A stretch of 64,000 nucleotides of DNA from Bacteroidota bacterium (GTDB taxonomy: Bacteria; Bacteroidota; Bacteroidia; AKYH767-A; 2013-40CM-41-45). Shown here in pieces: positions 1-9,320 of the stretch. The stretch spans positions 13,270-77,269 of the forward strand of contig PLYJ01000069.1 of the NCBI GenBank assembly GCA_003151745.1, in the 5' to 3' direction. Under the pieces are notes generated by a model. That model did not search any database. It was given only the letters and a program-made list of their open reading frames with translations, and was not told the origin of the DNA. Made by a program: the position numbers and the translations under genes. Position 1 is the stretch's first letter. Each line of letters opens with the position of its first letter.

Positions 1-98
1 AAGTGAGTTTTGCTTGCAGTATCAATCCGCTTCTTAATATACAGGCATACAAATTGCCGATGTTATAGTGAGGGAAGATTTTACTTAAAAACGCAAGT

Positions 99-266
99 TT
101 ACAACACCTGTGTAGCGGAGCTTTCCGGCTTTATCAATTCCTCCTGCAACATATCAAAATCATAGTCGCTTATAGAAGGCTTGGAAAGAACATACTATTT
201 ATAATTATGCTCCTCCAACTGGCTGCCAAGGTCTTCTATTCGCTTTTTGGCTTGCGCTTCTGTCAT
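99..266 (-). pseudogene. 5' fragment of NAD-dependent DNA ligase (LigA-like N-terminus) with in-frame TAG at 195-197, truncated after ~55 codons
   Basis: Minus-strand translation MTEAQAKKRIEDLGSQLEEHNYK*YVLSKPSISDYDFDMLQEELIK matches the conserved LigA start (HNY.YYVL..P.ISD.EFD.L..EL). TAG sits where Tyr is expected. Similarity ends near position 110. Confidence 0.55.
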
Positions 267-290
267 TTTATTCAAAAGTGATTGAGATTA
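179..290. repeat. Direct repeat copy 1 (~110 bp), partner at 1377-1488
   Basis: Aligned by eye, roughly 90% identical to 1377-1488. Includes the LigA-like start codon region and the same TAG. Confidence 0.85.
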
Positions 291-426
291 TTAGGCTAAT
301 TGTAGTAACTAAGGTTATCAATATTTACATTCAATTACTTTAATTACCCAACTATACTTAATGACCCTTCTTATTCAAAAAAGAGTTGCTAAGGTAAAAA
401 TAGTGAAGGAAGAAATACAGATTAAA

Positions 427-624
427 TTATGCAGAAGCTTTCTTGCGGCGCGTTGTCCTCGTTAATCGAATATGTTTTTTCGCTTTTGCAAGTTTTCCGG
501 CTTTAAGAAATTCATTGATAGCTTTTTCTTCTTCCTTTGTAAGCGGACCTTGTCCTCCTATAAAGTCAACATCGAGTTCTTTGGATTTACTTTTCATTTT
601 GATTGGAAAATAACACGATGCCAT
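427..624 (-). CDS. Small hypothetical protein with Lys/Arg-rich C-terminal tail
   Basis: 65-aa ORF with ATG start. The C-terminal half (EEEKAINEFLKAGKLAKAKKHIRLTRTTRRKKASA) is paralogous to the adjacent unlisted ORF 631-801. Confidence 0.45.
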   Translation of the reverse strand: MASCYFPIKMKSKSKELDVDFIGGQGPLTKEEEKAINEFLKAGKLAKAKKHIRLTRTTRRKKASA

Positions 625-630
625 TTAACA

Positions 631-801
631 TTATGCATAACGCTTTTTCTTTCGTGTCGTTCGGGTTCGCACCTGTTGTCTTGTCCGTGATTGCAATTTT
701 CGAGCCTTCAAGAAAGCGCTGAAATTTTTGCGCTCTTCTGCTGTCCAGGGTTCATCAACGAACACCAGGTCTAAGTCGTCAAGTTTTTTCTTTTTAATCA
801 C
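631..801 (-). CDS. Small hypothetical protein, paralog of 427-624 (GTG start overlapping the upstream stop as GTGA)
   Basis: Hand translation gives VIKKKKLDDLDLVFVDEPWTAEERKNFSAFLKARKLQSRTRQQVRTRTTRKKKRYA*. It shares the EE+..F..FLKA.KL and R.TRTTR+KK pattern with 427-624. It is below the 60-aa ORF-track cutoff. Confidence 0.4.
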   Translation of the reverse strand: MIKKKKLDDLDLVFVDEPWTAEERKNFSAFLKARKLQSRTRQQVRTRTTRKKKRYA

Positions 802-1331
802 GGTTTGAAATCTTTAAAGTATAATTGAATCAGTACTATTGCTTCTTTCGTATCAATGAACATTCTGTTAGTAGATACTTGCTTTGCGCCAAGGGTCAAT
901 TTGTAATGCTCTACTAAATGCGACTTTGCTACAAACGCTACTACGCCATCATAGCCTTTTTCAAAAGATAGTTTGCATCCGAAAGCAACCATATTTGCAG
1001 CTACTCCTTTATAAAATTTATTTGCACCCTTATTGAACTTAGCATTCTCAATAAGATGCATAAAAACATGATCGTTCTCGTCACTTAAACAAATCAATCC
1101 GTGAATTACAAAAGGGTTGTGCTCCGTTGTAAGTTTATAAATTCCTTTAGCGTGGTCTTTTAATTCTTTATGCCAGTCAAAAACCCAGTTCGCTTTCTTA
1201 ATTTGATGACTGTCCTTATTTACAAGTCGTATAATTTTCGTTTCAAAGACTTCTCCGGTTAGCGCATTGGTGATAGAATTGGTCAGTTCGTCAATTTCAA
1301 AATCAAGTTCTGTTTCTTTACGTTTTTTCAT
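798..1331 (-). CDS. Hypothetical protein, possibly GNAT-like fold
   Basis: 177-aa ORF. The segment NKGANKFYKGVAANMVAFGCKLSFEKGYDGVVAFVAKSHLVEHYKLTLGA resembles the acetyl-CoA motif-A region of GNAT folds. The fold call is tentative. Confidence 0.5.
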   Translation of the reverse strand: MKKRKETELDFEIDELTNSITNALTGEVFETKIIRLVNKDSHQIKKANWVFDWHKELKDHAKGIYKLTTEHNPFVIHGLICLSDENDHVFMHLIENAKFNKGANKFYKGVAANMVAFGCKLSFEKGYDGVVAFVAKSHLVEHYKLTLGAKQVSTNRMFIDTKEAIVLIQLYFKDFKP

Positions 1332-1376
1332 TCTGCTAATTTACAAAAACACATTGAATTACTAAAAAAGAAACGG

Positions 1377-1488
1377 ATTGGAAAGCACATACTATTTATA
1401 ATTATGCTCCTCCAACTGCCTGCTCAGGTCTTCTATTCGCTTTTTGGCTTGCGCTTCTGTCATTTGATTCAAAAGTGGTTGAGGTAAT
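1377..1488. repeat. Direct repeat copy 2 (~110 bp) including a second LigA 5' fragment (ATG at 1463, TAG at 1392-1394)
   Basis: Minus-strand MTEAQAKKRIEDLSRQLEEHNYK*YVLS, then diverges. It has the same TAG codon as copy 1. Confidence 0.85.
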
Positions 1489-2063
1489 TAGTAAGTAGAA
1501 TAGTATGGCGACTTAGGATATTTTAAGTTTAATATTTCAACTCCAGTACTGTCCCAATATTTCTCAGATTTCAGATCGTCATCTTCAAACACTTTAAGAC
1601 AAAATAAATTGCCATTTTTATGATAATTCCATATTGAATCATATTTAGTTTCAGATTCACTGTCTTCATCATGTTCATATTTTGTTATAGTATAATGCTT
1701 TAATGAAATAGAGCCATTGGGTAAATATTCTTCAAAATATGTCCAATCAGACGAAAAGGAAGTATAGCTTTTTAGAGAATCGTTATCATAAAAATACTCC
1801 TCTAATGTTTTATAACCAAGACTATCATATTTCTCATCATGCTCCATAATTCCATCGGGTTTATAAAAAAACCAATAGCCAAATCTTGTCTTGGTTGTGT
1901 CCTTCCCATTTATCCGTGTACGATATTTACCCGAACAAAAAAGAGAATCATTTTTATAAAAAATGTTCTCATCAGAAATAATATTTGATTTTTTCTCTCC
2001 ACAAGAAAAGAGTAGTAAAGTAGATAACATAAAGAGGAGTTTATTCATGACTCTATTTATCAT
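1488..2063 (-). CDS. Lipoprotein, hypothetical (MORN/YwqK-like repeat flavour)
   Basis: Signal peptide plus lipobox LLLFSCG. Contains repeated Y..G....E.Y-type segments. No catalytic motif seen. Confidence 0.6.
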   Translation of the reverse strand: MINRVMNKLLFMLSTLLLFSCGEKKSNIISDENIFYKNDSLFCSGKYRTRINGKDTTKTRFGYWFFYKPDGIMEHDEKYDSLGYKTLEEYFYDNDSLKSYTSFSSDWTYFEEYLPNGSISLKHYTITKYEHDEDSESETKYDSIWNYHKNGNLFCLKVFEDDDLKSEKYWDSTGVEILNLKYPKSPYYSTY

Positions 2064-2092
2064 GCTAACAACTTTGAAGAATTATCATTTTT

Positions 2093-2368
2093 CTATTTAT
2101 TTCCCCCTTTTTCTTTAAAAAGCAAGAAACAAGACATTCCTATAAATAAAATAACGAAAAACTGCATAGCTAATGCGCCAACATCAACATATCCAGTTCC
2201 GTCGTTTGGAGGAGAGAGTATAAAACTATAACCAAGGTTGTATTTCACTCCGCCAGAATAAGTAATTAAAAAAGGAGGAAATAATAACATTACTAATAAA
2301 AGAAATGCTGTGCTTATTAGGACAATTTTTTGATTCTTGTTCATAACGATATTTTTAAATTCGTTCAT
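2093..2368 (-). CDS. Small membrane protein, hypothetical
   Basis: 91-aa ORF with two hydrophobic helices (IVLISTAFLLLVMLLFPPFLI and LAMQFFVILFIGMSCFLLF). Confidence 0.5.
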   Translation of the reverse strand: MNEFKNIVMNKNQKIVLISTAFLLLVMLLFPPFLITYSGGVKYNLGYSFILSPPNDGTGYVDVGALAMQFFVILFIGMSCFLLFKEKGGNK

Positions 2369-2442
2369 TTAATTACACTTTTGCGAGACCAATCTACTAT
2401 AATTATAACTACTAAAATACCTGCAACTATATAATCAATCAA

Positions 2443-3171
2443 GTGCCAGGTTTGTTTTTGGAACCAAAACTTTGCAGAGTGAATGGGCATTTTATAAACG
2501 GACTTAAACAGCAGGTTAATTTGGAGGAAGATTTAGTTTACGGTATGCTGAAAAGTTCAGACCTCAAGCAAACTGTTATTAATAAGACAAGAAAATTCAC
2601 GATTATTACGCAGAAAAAGGTTGGGCAAGACACTTCGTTTATCAAAAAATATTTTCCGAAAACATTCAGCTACCTACTCAAAAACAAAGCACAATTCGAT
2701 TTACGAAAATCAAGCATCTACAATAACAAACCATCCTTTTCAATTTTCGGGATTGGTGACTACTCATTTGCGCCTTATAAAATTTCTATATCAGGTTTAT
2801 ACAAAAATTATTTTTTTAATTTAGTATTGCCTCAAAATGGAAAACCAATTATGCTTGACGACACTTGCTATTTGCTTGGCTTCGACAAATTAGAATTTGC
2901 TGCTTATACTCTTATTCTTTTGAATTGTGATAAGACAAAAGAACTTTTACAAGCCATAACTTTTTCAGATGCAAAGCGCACTTTCACAAAAGACATTTTA
3001 ATGCGAATTGATTTACTGAAACTTGCCATGCAATTTTCAGGACTGAAGATTCAAAATGAACTTGATGAATTAAATAGCAAATACAATCTTAATATTCAGA
3101 TTGACAAATGGGAGGGATACATACAAGCAATGATGCCAATTCAGGCGCGACAAATGAATATTTTTGCATGA
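2443..3171 (+). pseudogene. C-terminal remnant of a DNA methyltransferase/restriction-modification protein (catalytic N-terminal part missing)
   Basis: The ORF opens at a GTG with no SAM-binding or NPPY/DPPY motif. The remaining sequence (FDLRKSSIYNNKPSFSIFGIGDYSFAPYKISISGLYKN...LDDTCYLLGF) resembles, from memory, the C-terminal region of Eco57I/TaqI-like N6-adenine methylases. Confidence 0.4.
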
Positions 3172-3300
3172 CCGAGAACGCTGCTTCTAACCGAAGATTT
3201 ATTGGAAGGTATATTATATACAGAAACACTTTTTTACTATTTTAGCATCTCCTGAATTTTCATTTTTAAAATAATCACTAACCTCAAAAAACAAAACAAC

Positions 3301-4260
3301 ATGAAAAAATTTCTAAAGTATCTGCTCATCATTATCGGAATCATTGTCGTGATTGGGATTGCGGGCTTTTCATTTATTGAAATAAGAGGCATCCCCAGCT
3401 ATGAAGTAAAGAAAATTGATTACAAGGTGGATGTTACGCCAGAGCGCGTGGAGCGTGGGAAAAAGCTGGCGCTGCTTCTTTGTGCCAATTGTCACAAGGA
3501 CAATGCAACCGGAAAGCTAACCGGCAGGCTAATGGGGGAAGCCCCTGCAGAGTTCGGAAAGATATATTCTCAAAACATCACGCAGGATAAACAGTACGGC
3601 ATCGGCACCTGGACGGACGGTGAGTTGCTTTACCTGCTACGCACGGGCATTAAGCGGGATGGAAAATATGCGCCTCCATATATGGCAAAGCTTCCGCACA
3701 TGGCTGATGAAGATATTAACTCTGTTATTGCTTTCCTTCATTCAGACGACCCGCTGGTAGCTGCCAATGCTACTCCCGACCAGCCCTGCGACCCTGCTTT
3801 TCTTACCAAGTTTCTTTGCCTGGTGGCGTTTAAACCGTTTCCTATGCCTGAAGGCAAAATCGCCATGCCCGATACGAATAATGCAAAAGAGCTGGGTAAG
3901 TACCTGGTGTTTAACCTTGATTGTTATGCCTGCCACTCTGCAGACTATAAAACCAACGATTACCTGAACCCGGAGAAGAGCGTTGGCTACTTGGGCGGCG
4001 GCAACAAACCGCTGAACGAGCAAGGCAAGGTTGTGGTTACTCAAAACCTGACTCCTGACGAAGAAACCGGAATAGGTAAATGGACGGAGGACAGATTTGT
4101 AAATGCCGTTAAAAACGGAATGATGGAAGGCCAGCCTGCTCTTCGGTATCCGATGATACCTTTCATTTATCTCACCGACAGGGAAGCAAAGTCTATATAT
4201 GCTTACCTGCGCACGGTGCCTGCTTTGAAGAATAATGTGCCGCGGTCGGCGTTTGAATAA
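3301..4260 (+). CDS. Membrane-anchored dihaem c-type cytochrome
   Basis: N-terminal TM helix and two CXXCH haem motifs (CANCH, CYACH). Confidence 0.85.
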   Translation: MKKFLKYLLIIIGIIVVIGIAGFSFIEIRGIPSYEVKKIDYKVDVTPERVERGKKLALLLCANCHKDNATGKLTGRLMGEAPAEFGKIYSQNITQDKQYGIGTWTDGELLYLLRTGIKRDGKYAPPYMAKLPHMADEDINSVIAFLHSDDPLVAANATPDQPCDPAFLTKFLCLVAFKPFPMPEGKIAMPDTNNAKELGKYLVFNLDCYACHSADYKTNDYLNPEKSVGYLGGGNKPLNEQGKVVVTQNLTPDEETGIGKWTEDRFVNAVKNGMMEGQPALRYPMIPFIYLTDREAKSIYAYLRTVPALKNNVPRSAFE

Positions 4261-4424
4261 TTAGTCTGAAGTGTGACTTCGACGTGAGCTCAGTCGAACG
4301 CTTAAACGGATTAGGGGAATTAATCTTAAGCATGAATAAAATAAATTAAATAACTTTGACAATAATAAATGCGGGTACGCTGAAAACCGGTTAGAGTAAG
4401 CATCAAAAAATAAATAAAATAAAA

Positions 4425-4694
4425 ATGGGAAAAACTATCGTAGTGAGTCACAAAGTAGGTGACATTAAAGCATGGCTGAAGGGCCATGAGGGCAGGGTAA
4501 AACTATTTGCTCCTGCTGTATCCGGATTTAAAACATTCCAGGATGCAAATGATCCTAAGTCGGTATCTATGGTGCTGGAAGTTACGGATATGGAAAAGCT
4601 CGGAGCCATCATCAACGACCCTAAGAACAAAGAGGCAAAAGACAAGCACACCGTATTGGAACCTATTACGATGTCAATGCCTGTGGATTTATAG
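4425..4694 (+). CDS. Hypothetical protein (89 aa)
   Basis: ATG-initiated ORF with normal composition, followed by a strong terminator. No recognisable motif. Confidence 0.5.
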   Translation: MGKTIVVSHKVGDIKAWLKGHEGRVKLFAPAVSGFKTFQDANDPKSVSMVLEVTDMEKLGAIINDPKNKEAKDKHTVLEPITMSMPVDL

Positions 4695-4716
4695 AAACAT
4701 TATCTATAAATCTTAC

Positions 4717-4760
4717 AAAAGCGTTAGTCCGGCGCATGCGGGACTGACGCTTTTGTATTG
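4717..4760 (+). terminator. Rho-independent terminator
   Basis: 14-bp stem AAAAGCGTTAGTCC / GGACTGACGCTTTT followed by a T-rich tail. Confidence 0.7.
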
Positions 4761-4790
4761 AGATGTGGCATGTTAGGGTAAGGCTTTGTA

Positions 4791-4798
4791 TATCTTTG
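4791..4798 (+). promoter_or_regulatory. Bacteroidota -7 box (TATCTTTG) upstream of uvrC
   Basis: Exact match to TAnnTTTG, 5 nt before the ATG at 4804. This implies a very short or absent leader. Confidence 0.4.
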
Positions 4799-4803
4799 CA
4801 ACG

Positions 4804-6603
4804 ATGAATGCCCATCTTAAATCCATCCTTCAGACACTGGAAGACAAGCCCGGCGTGTACCAGTATTATGATGACGAGGGCAAGCTGCTTTATATAGGCA
4901 AAGCCAAGTCGCTGAAAAAGCGCGTGGGTTCTTATTTTCTGAAAGGCAAGTTTGAGAGTGGCAAGACGTCCATGCTGGTACGCAGGATTGCCGACATCAA
5001 GACACTCGTCGTAGATACGGAGATGGATGCGCTCCTGCTGGAAAACAACCTCATCAAAAAACACCAGCCGCGTTACAACGTCCTGCTCAAGGATGATAAA
5101 ACGTATCCGTGGATAAGCATAAAGAACGAACGATTTCCCCGCGTGTTTTATACACGCACGTTTCTTCGCGATGGTTCTGAATATTTCGGGCCCTATACAT
5201 CGGTGAAGACGATCAACACGCTGCTTGATCTCATCACACATCTTTACAAGCTGCGCAACTGCAACCTGAATTTGTCGGAAGCGAATATTGCGAATAAGAA
5301 ATTTAAAGTGTGTCTTGAATTTCATATCGGCAATTGCAAAGGCCCTTGCGAAGCGCGCCAAACGTTTGAAGACTACGATCAAACCATAAAAGAGATACGA
5401 CTAATATTGAAAGGCAACATCGGCATGGTGATCGCGCATTTAAAAGAACTGATGCAGCATCATGCAGCAGAAATGAAATACGAGGAGGCGCAAAGCATTA
5501 AAGAGAAGCTGGTGATGCTGGAGAAATTCAAAAGCAAGTCAGTGGTCGTGAATCCTGCTATTCACAATGTGGATGTGTTCAGCATTATTATGGAAGAGGA
5601 TAATGCGTACGTGAACTTTCTGAAGGTCATGAATGGTTCCATCATCCAGGGGCATACCATTGAGATGAAAAGGAAGCTGGATGAAACTCCGGAGGAGCTT
5701 CTTGAAATTGCCATTGTTGATTTGCGCACACGCTTTCACAGCGATGCGAATGAGGTTTTCGTTCCCTTTAAGATGCAGATAAAAGATTCAGGTATCCGGT
5801 TTGTTGTTCCGAAGATAGGCGACAAAAAACATTTGCTGCTGTTGTCAGAGAAAAATGTTCAGAATTACATCCGTGAAAAGAACCTGCAGTTAGAAAAACA
5901 GAATCCTGAAAATAAAACATTGCGGTTGCTGGAGCAGATGCAGAAAGATTTGCGGTTAAAGGAATTGGCGCGTCACATCGAGTGTTTTGATAATTCAAAC
6001 ATACAGGGTGCTTACCCTGTTGCAGCCATGAGTGTTTTTAAAAATACAAAGCCATCGAAAAAAGATTACCGCCATTTCAATATTAAAACGGTGGAAGGCC
6101 CCGATGACTTTGCTTCGATGGAAGAGGTGATCTACCGAAGGTATAAACGCATGATTGATGAAGTGCAGCCGCTTCCGCAGCTCATTGTTATTGATGGCGG
6201 CAAAGGGCAGTTAAGCGCTGCTTTAACTAGCTTGGAGAAATTGGGCTTGTCAGGTAAGATTGCTGTGATAGGTATAGCCAAGCGGTTAGAAGAAATTTAT
6301 TATCCCGGCGATTCTGTTCCACTTTATATAGATAAGAAAAGCCAAACGCTTCGTGTGATTCAGCAGTTGCGTGATGAAGTGCATCGCTTTGGCATTACCC
6401 ATCACCGCAACCGCAGAAGTAAGGGTGTAGTGAAAACAGAGTTATCAGACATTAAAGGAATAGGAGATAAGACAGCAAATGAATTGCTGAAGCATTTCAA
6501 ATCAGTAAAGAAGATTAAAGAAGCAAGCGCTGTGGAGATTGAGGAGGTAGTTGGGAAGGCGAGGGCGAAGATTGTGTTAGATTATTTCAATTTGAAAATT
6601 TGA
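4804..6603 (+). CDS. uvrC: Excinuclease ABC subunit C
   Basis: GIY-YIG start (PGVYQYYDDEGKLLYIGKAKSLKKRVGSYF), a UVR domain, and a C-terminal RNaseH-like/HhH region. ATG 4804 is preferred over the TTG at 4786, which overlaps the -7 box. Confidence 0.95.
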   Translation: MNAHLKSILQTLEDKPGVYQYYDDEGKLLYIGKAKSLKKRVGSYFLKGKFESGKTSMLVRRIADIKTLVVDTEMDALLLENNLIKKHQPRYNVLLKDDKTYPWISIKNERFPRVFYTRTFLRDGSEYFGPYTSVKTINTLLDLITHLYKLRNCNLNLSEANIANKKFKVCLEFHIGNCKGPCEARQTFEDYDQTIKEIRLILKGNIGMVIAHLKELMQHHAAEMKYEEAQSIKEKLVMLEKFKSKSVVVNPAIHNVDVFSIIMEEDNAYVNFLKVMNGSIIQGHTIEMKRKLDETPEELLEIAIVDLRTRFHSDANEVFVPFKMQIKDSGIRFVVPKIGDKKHLLLLSEKNVQNYIREKNLQLEKQNPENKTLRLLEQMQKDLRLKELARHIECFDNSNIQGAYPVAAMSVFKNTKPSKKDYRHFNIKTVEGPDDFASMEEVIYRRYKRMIDEVQPLPQLIVIDGGKGQLSAALTSLEKLGLSGKIAVIGIAKRLEEIYYPGDSVPLYIDKKSQTLRVIQQLRDEVHRFGITHHRNRRSKGVVKTELSDIKGIGDKTANELLKHFKSVKKIKEASAVEIEEVVGKARAKIVLDYFNLKI

Positions 6604-6611
6604 ACGCTGGT

Positions 6612-6670
6612 TTTTATGATGATTAAGATATATTATGATTTAGATCAGCGTAAATCATAATTATCATAAG
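6612..6670. terminator. Bidirectional hairpin between convergent uvrC and gpsA (heptamer-arm type)
   Basis: ATTATGATTTA / TAAATCATAAT core with outer TATGATGATT / TATCATAA pairing. Confidence 0.6.
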
Positions 6671-6690
6671 GATCCGCGTTCTATTTTGTA

Positions 6691-7689
6691 TTAAGTTAGC
6701 TGATCACTCAGCAACTTCATCTCTATCCGGGTAGAGATTTTTTCATAAAGGATGCGATATACGGCATTCGTAATGGGCATATCTACCTTGAGTTTCTTAT
6801 TAAGCTCATAAATGCATTTCGTCGCATAATATCCTTCTGCAATCATATTCATTTCAAGCTGGGCAAACTTTACGGAATATCCTTTGCCTATCATGGTTCC
6901 AAACATCCTGTTACGCGAGAACTGTGAATAAGCTGTAACCAATAAGTCACCAAGGTAGGCGGAGTCGTTAATGTCACGATTAATAGGATGCACAGCATCA
7001 ACAAAGCGCTTGATTTCACGGATGGCATTGGAGATAAGGACTGCCTGGAAGTTGTCTCCATAGCCTACACCGTGACAAATGCCGCTTGCAATGGCAATGA
7101 CGTTTTTTAGGACGGCAGAGTATTCCGTTCCGTATATATCATCAGTAACATTTGTTTTTATGTAACGGCAATTCATCAATCCTGCCAGCAATGAAGCATT
7201 TGCAGTATCGGTGCAGGACAACGTAAGGTAAGATAAACGTTCCATCGCTACTTCTTCCGCATGGCAAGGCCCTGTGATAACACCTATTTTATCAATCGGA
7301 ATTTTGAATTGATGGTGCATGAAATCGCCGATGATCATCAAATCATCCGGCACAATGCCTTTAATGGCAGAGAAAACAATCTTATTTGAAAAATCTTCCA
7401 GCTTTATTTTTTCAATTGTTGATTTCAAGAATGCAGAAGGAATAGCGAGAATGATAATGTCTGCTTCTTTTATGGAATTTTTAAGATCGTTAGTCACAGA
7501 AATTTTTTCCAGGTTAACGGAAACATCACTGAGGTAATTAGGATTGTGATGATATTTATCAATGAACTCGACAGTTTCAGCATTGCGCACCCACCAAAGA
7601 ATCTTATCTACATTGTTCGATAAAATCTTTACTAGAGCCGTTGCCCAGCTTCCACCCCCTATGATTGCTATGGTTGGTTTGTTATTCAT
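6691..7689 (-). CDS. gpsA: NAD(P)H-dependent glycerol-3-phosphate dehydrogenase
   Basis: N-terminal Rossmann motif IAIIGGGSWATALVKIL and family-typical length and core. Confidence 0.9.
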   Translation of the reverse strand: MNNKPTIAIIGGGSWATALVKILSNNVDKILWWVRNAETVEFIDKYHHNPNYLSDVSVNLEKISVTNDLKNSIKEADIIILAIPSAFLKSTIEKIKLEDFSNKIVFSAIKGIVPDDLMIIGDFMHHQFKIPIDKIGVITGPCHAEEVAMERLSYLTLSCTDTANASLLAGLMNCRYIKTNVTDDIYGTEYSAVLKNVIAIASGICHGVGYGDNFQAVLISNAIREIKRFVDAVHPINRDINDSAYLGDLLVTAYSQFSRNRMFGTMIGKGYSVKFAQLEMNMIAEGYYATKCIYELNKKLKVDMPITNAVYRILYEKISTRIEMKLLSDQLT

Positions 7690-7706
7690 ATTTTAAGAAA
7701 TTATTG

Positions 7707-7800
7707 CTCTGCGCACTCTGCGATTTTCTCTCTGCGTTCACTGCGTTAACCTTTTTTAACCGCAGAGGGCGCTGAGTTTTACGCTGAGAATCGCAGAGAA
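7707..7800. repeat. Long imperfect hairpin with arms built from CTCTGCG / CGCAGAG repeats
   Basis: Left arm has four CTCTGCG-like units and the right arm four CGCAGAG/GCTGAG-like units, around a TTTTTT loop. Confidence 0.75.
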
Positions 7801-7807
7801 GTTCTTA

Positions 7808-9265
7808 CTAATTTTGTCGTTTACCTTTTGTTGGAACCTTAAGCTTTGGCATCACTTCAGCATTATCCGTTTTTTGAAATGCAATTTTACCGGAATTATT
7901 TAAACGGTCAATCGCCCTCATGATGATCCTGACAATGGAAACCTCACCGTCATAATTAATCTTGTTTTCTGTATCCTCCGTTGTATGATAACCACTCATT
8001 ATACCGCTTGAAAATTGCAATGCCGGGATGCTGTCGAGATAAAATGATGTCTGATCAGAAGGCCCGACACCGGAGATCGTTGTTTTTATTTTCACATGGT
8101 TGATAACGGAAGTATCGAAAGCTGTGATCCAGGCAGGCGATGTGCCAATACCATTGATGTTGAGGACCTCATCACCACTCTTCAATCTCCCAACCATATC
8201 AATGTTAATCATATAATTGACTGCTTTCATATCAATGGTTGGATGCTTCACAAAATAATCCGAGCCAAGCAATCCTTTTTCTTCTCCCGAAAGGGCTATG
8301 AAAAGATAATTATTTTTCTTGTCGCTTGAAGCTTTCAACGCACGAGCAAGTTCTATCAATGCCGCTGTTCCGCTGGCATTGTCGTCAGCGCCATGATGGA
8401 TTGCGGGTTCGCCGCTATATAAAGACCCCTCTCCGCCGTAACCAAGATGATCGTAATGTGCGCCGATCACCACGGTTGTATTTGCATTGTTATTAAGGCA
8501 GCCGATAATGTTATGCCCTTTCTTTTCAATCTTTTGAATGTCAACCCCAACAGTGCAATTGGTTACCACACCTTCTTTTAAAAGCTTGGCAGCATCACCC
8601 TTTGCAAAAATTACAGGAATAGTCGTTTGTGTGAACCTGTGAATGAAATCGGATTCGGGATTATCAGCAGTTGTATCTGAATTAATAAAGATGACAGCCG
8701 TAGCTCCGCGCATCTTCGCAAACTCAACACGCTGGCGTAAATCATAATCGCTAAACTTGTTGTGCGCGCCTTTACTTTCAGGATATGAAGATTCGATTAC
8801 AAAAATCTTTTTTGTCAGGTTTGTTTTTCCATCATAATCATTGTGTCTTAAAAAAGGAGCGTATATGCCATAACCAACCCGTGCAATATATCCTGTCACA
8901 ATGCCGCTGGACGAAGACTGAAGCGGGTAAAAATCCTGGTTTACTTTATATGAATTTGCATTCACATACAATTGTGTGCCTTTGCCGATGTTGGCGCCTT
9001 CAGTGAAAGGAAAATTCTGAATGAACTCTTTCTCTCCTTTCGGTTTCAATCCGATTTCTTTAAATTGAGTAACAATGTAATCTGCCGCAAGCTGTTCGCC
9101 TTTTGTTCCGGTTTCTCTTCCTTCAAACTGATCGGAAGCAAGCGTTGAGATATGTTTTTTGAGGTTTGCTTTAAGTTGTTTGTCACTAAGTGAAACAGTT
9201 TTTACAGTAGCGCAGGCGGTAGCAAGGACGAAAAGAACTGTAGCCAATACTCTGAGCTTCTTCAT
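7808..9265 (-). CDS. M28 family metallopeptidase with PA domain, secreted
   Basis: Signal peptide. Zinc-ligand regions VVIGAHYDHLG, GADDNASG and SGEEKGLLGS. Confidence 0.85.
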   Translation of the reverse strand: MKKLRVLATVLFVLATACATVKTVSLSDKQLKANLKKHISTLASDQFEGRETGTKGEQLAADYIVTQFKEIGLKPKGEKEFIQNFPFTEGANIGKGTQLYVNANSYKVNQDFYPLQSSSSGIVTGYIARVGYGIYAPFLRHNDYDGKTNLTKKIFVIESSYPESKGAHNKFSDYDLRQRVEFAKMRGATAVIFINSDTTADNPESDFIHRFTQTTIPVIFAKGDAAKLLKEGVVTNCTVGVDIQKIEKKGHNIIGCLNNNANTTVVIGAHYDHLGYGGEGSLYSGEPAIHHGADDNASGTAALIELARALKASSDKKNNYLFIALSGEEKGLLGSDYFVKHPTIDMKAVNYMINIDMVGRLKSGDEVLNINGIGTSPAWITAFDTSVINHVKIKTTISGVGPSDQTSFYLDSIPALQFSSGIMSGYHTTEDTENKINYDGEVSIVRIIMRAIDRLNNSGKIAFQKTDNAEVMPKLKVPTKGKRQN

Positions 9266-9320
9266 TGGCGCAATTTACTAAAACCTTAGCTGAATAAGCT
9301 TCGTGTAATTGAAAAGCGGC

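Noticed and set aside
4261-4330. Hairpin TTCGAC-GTGAGCTCA-GTCGAA after the cytochrome c gene as a member of a repeat family
   Set aside because: It occurs only once in the window. It is most simply a weak terminator stem without a T-run, and evidence for more is insufficient.
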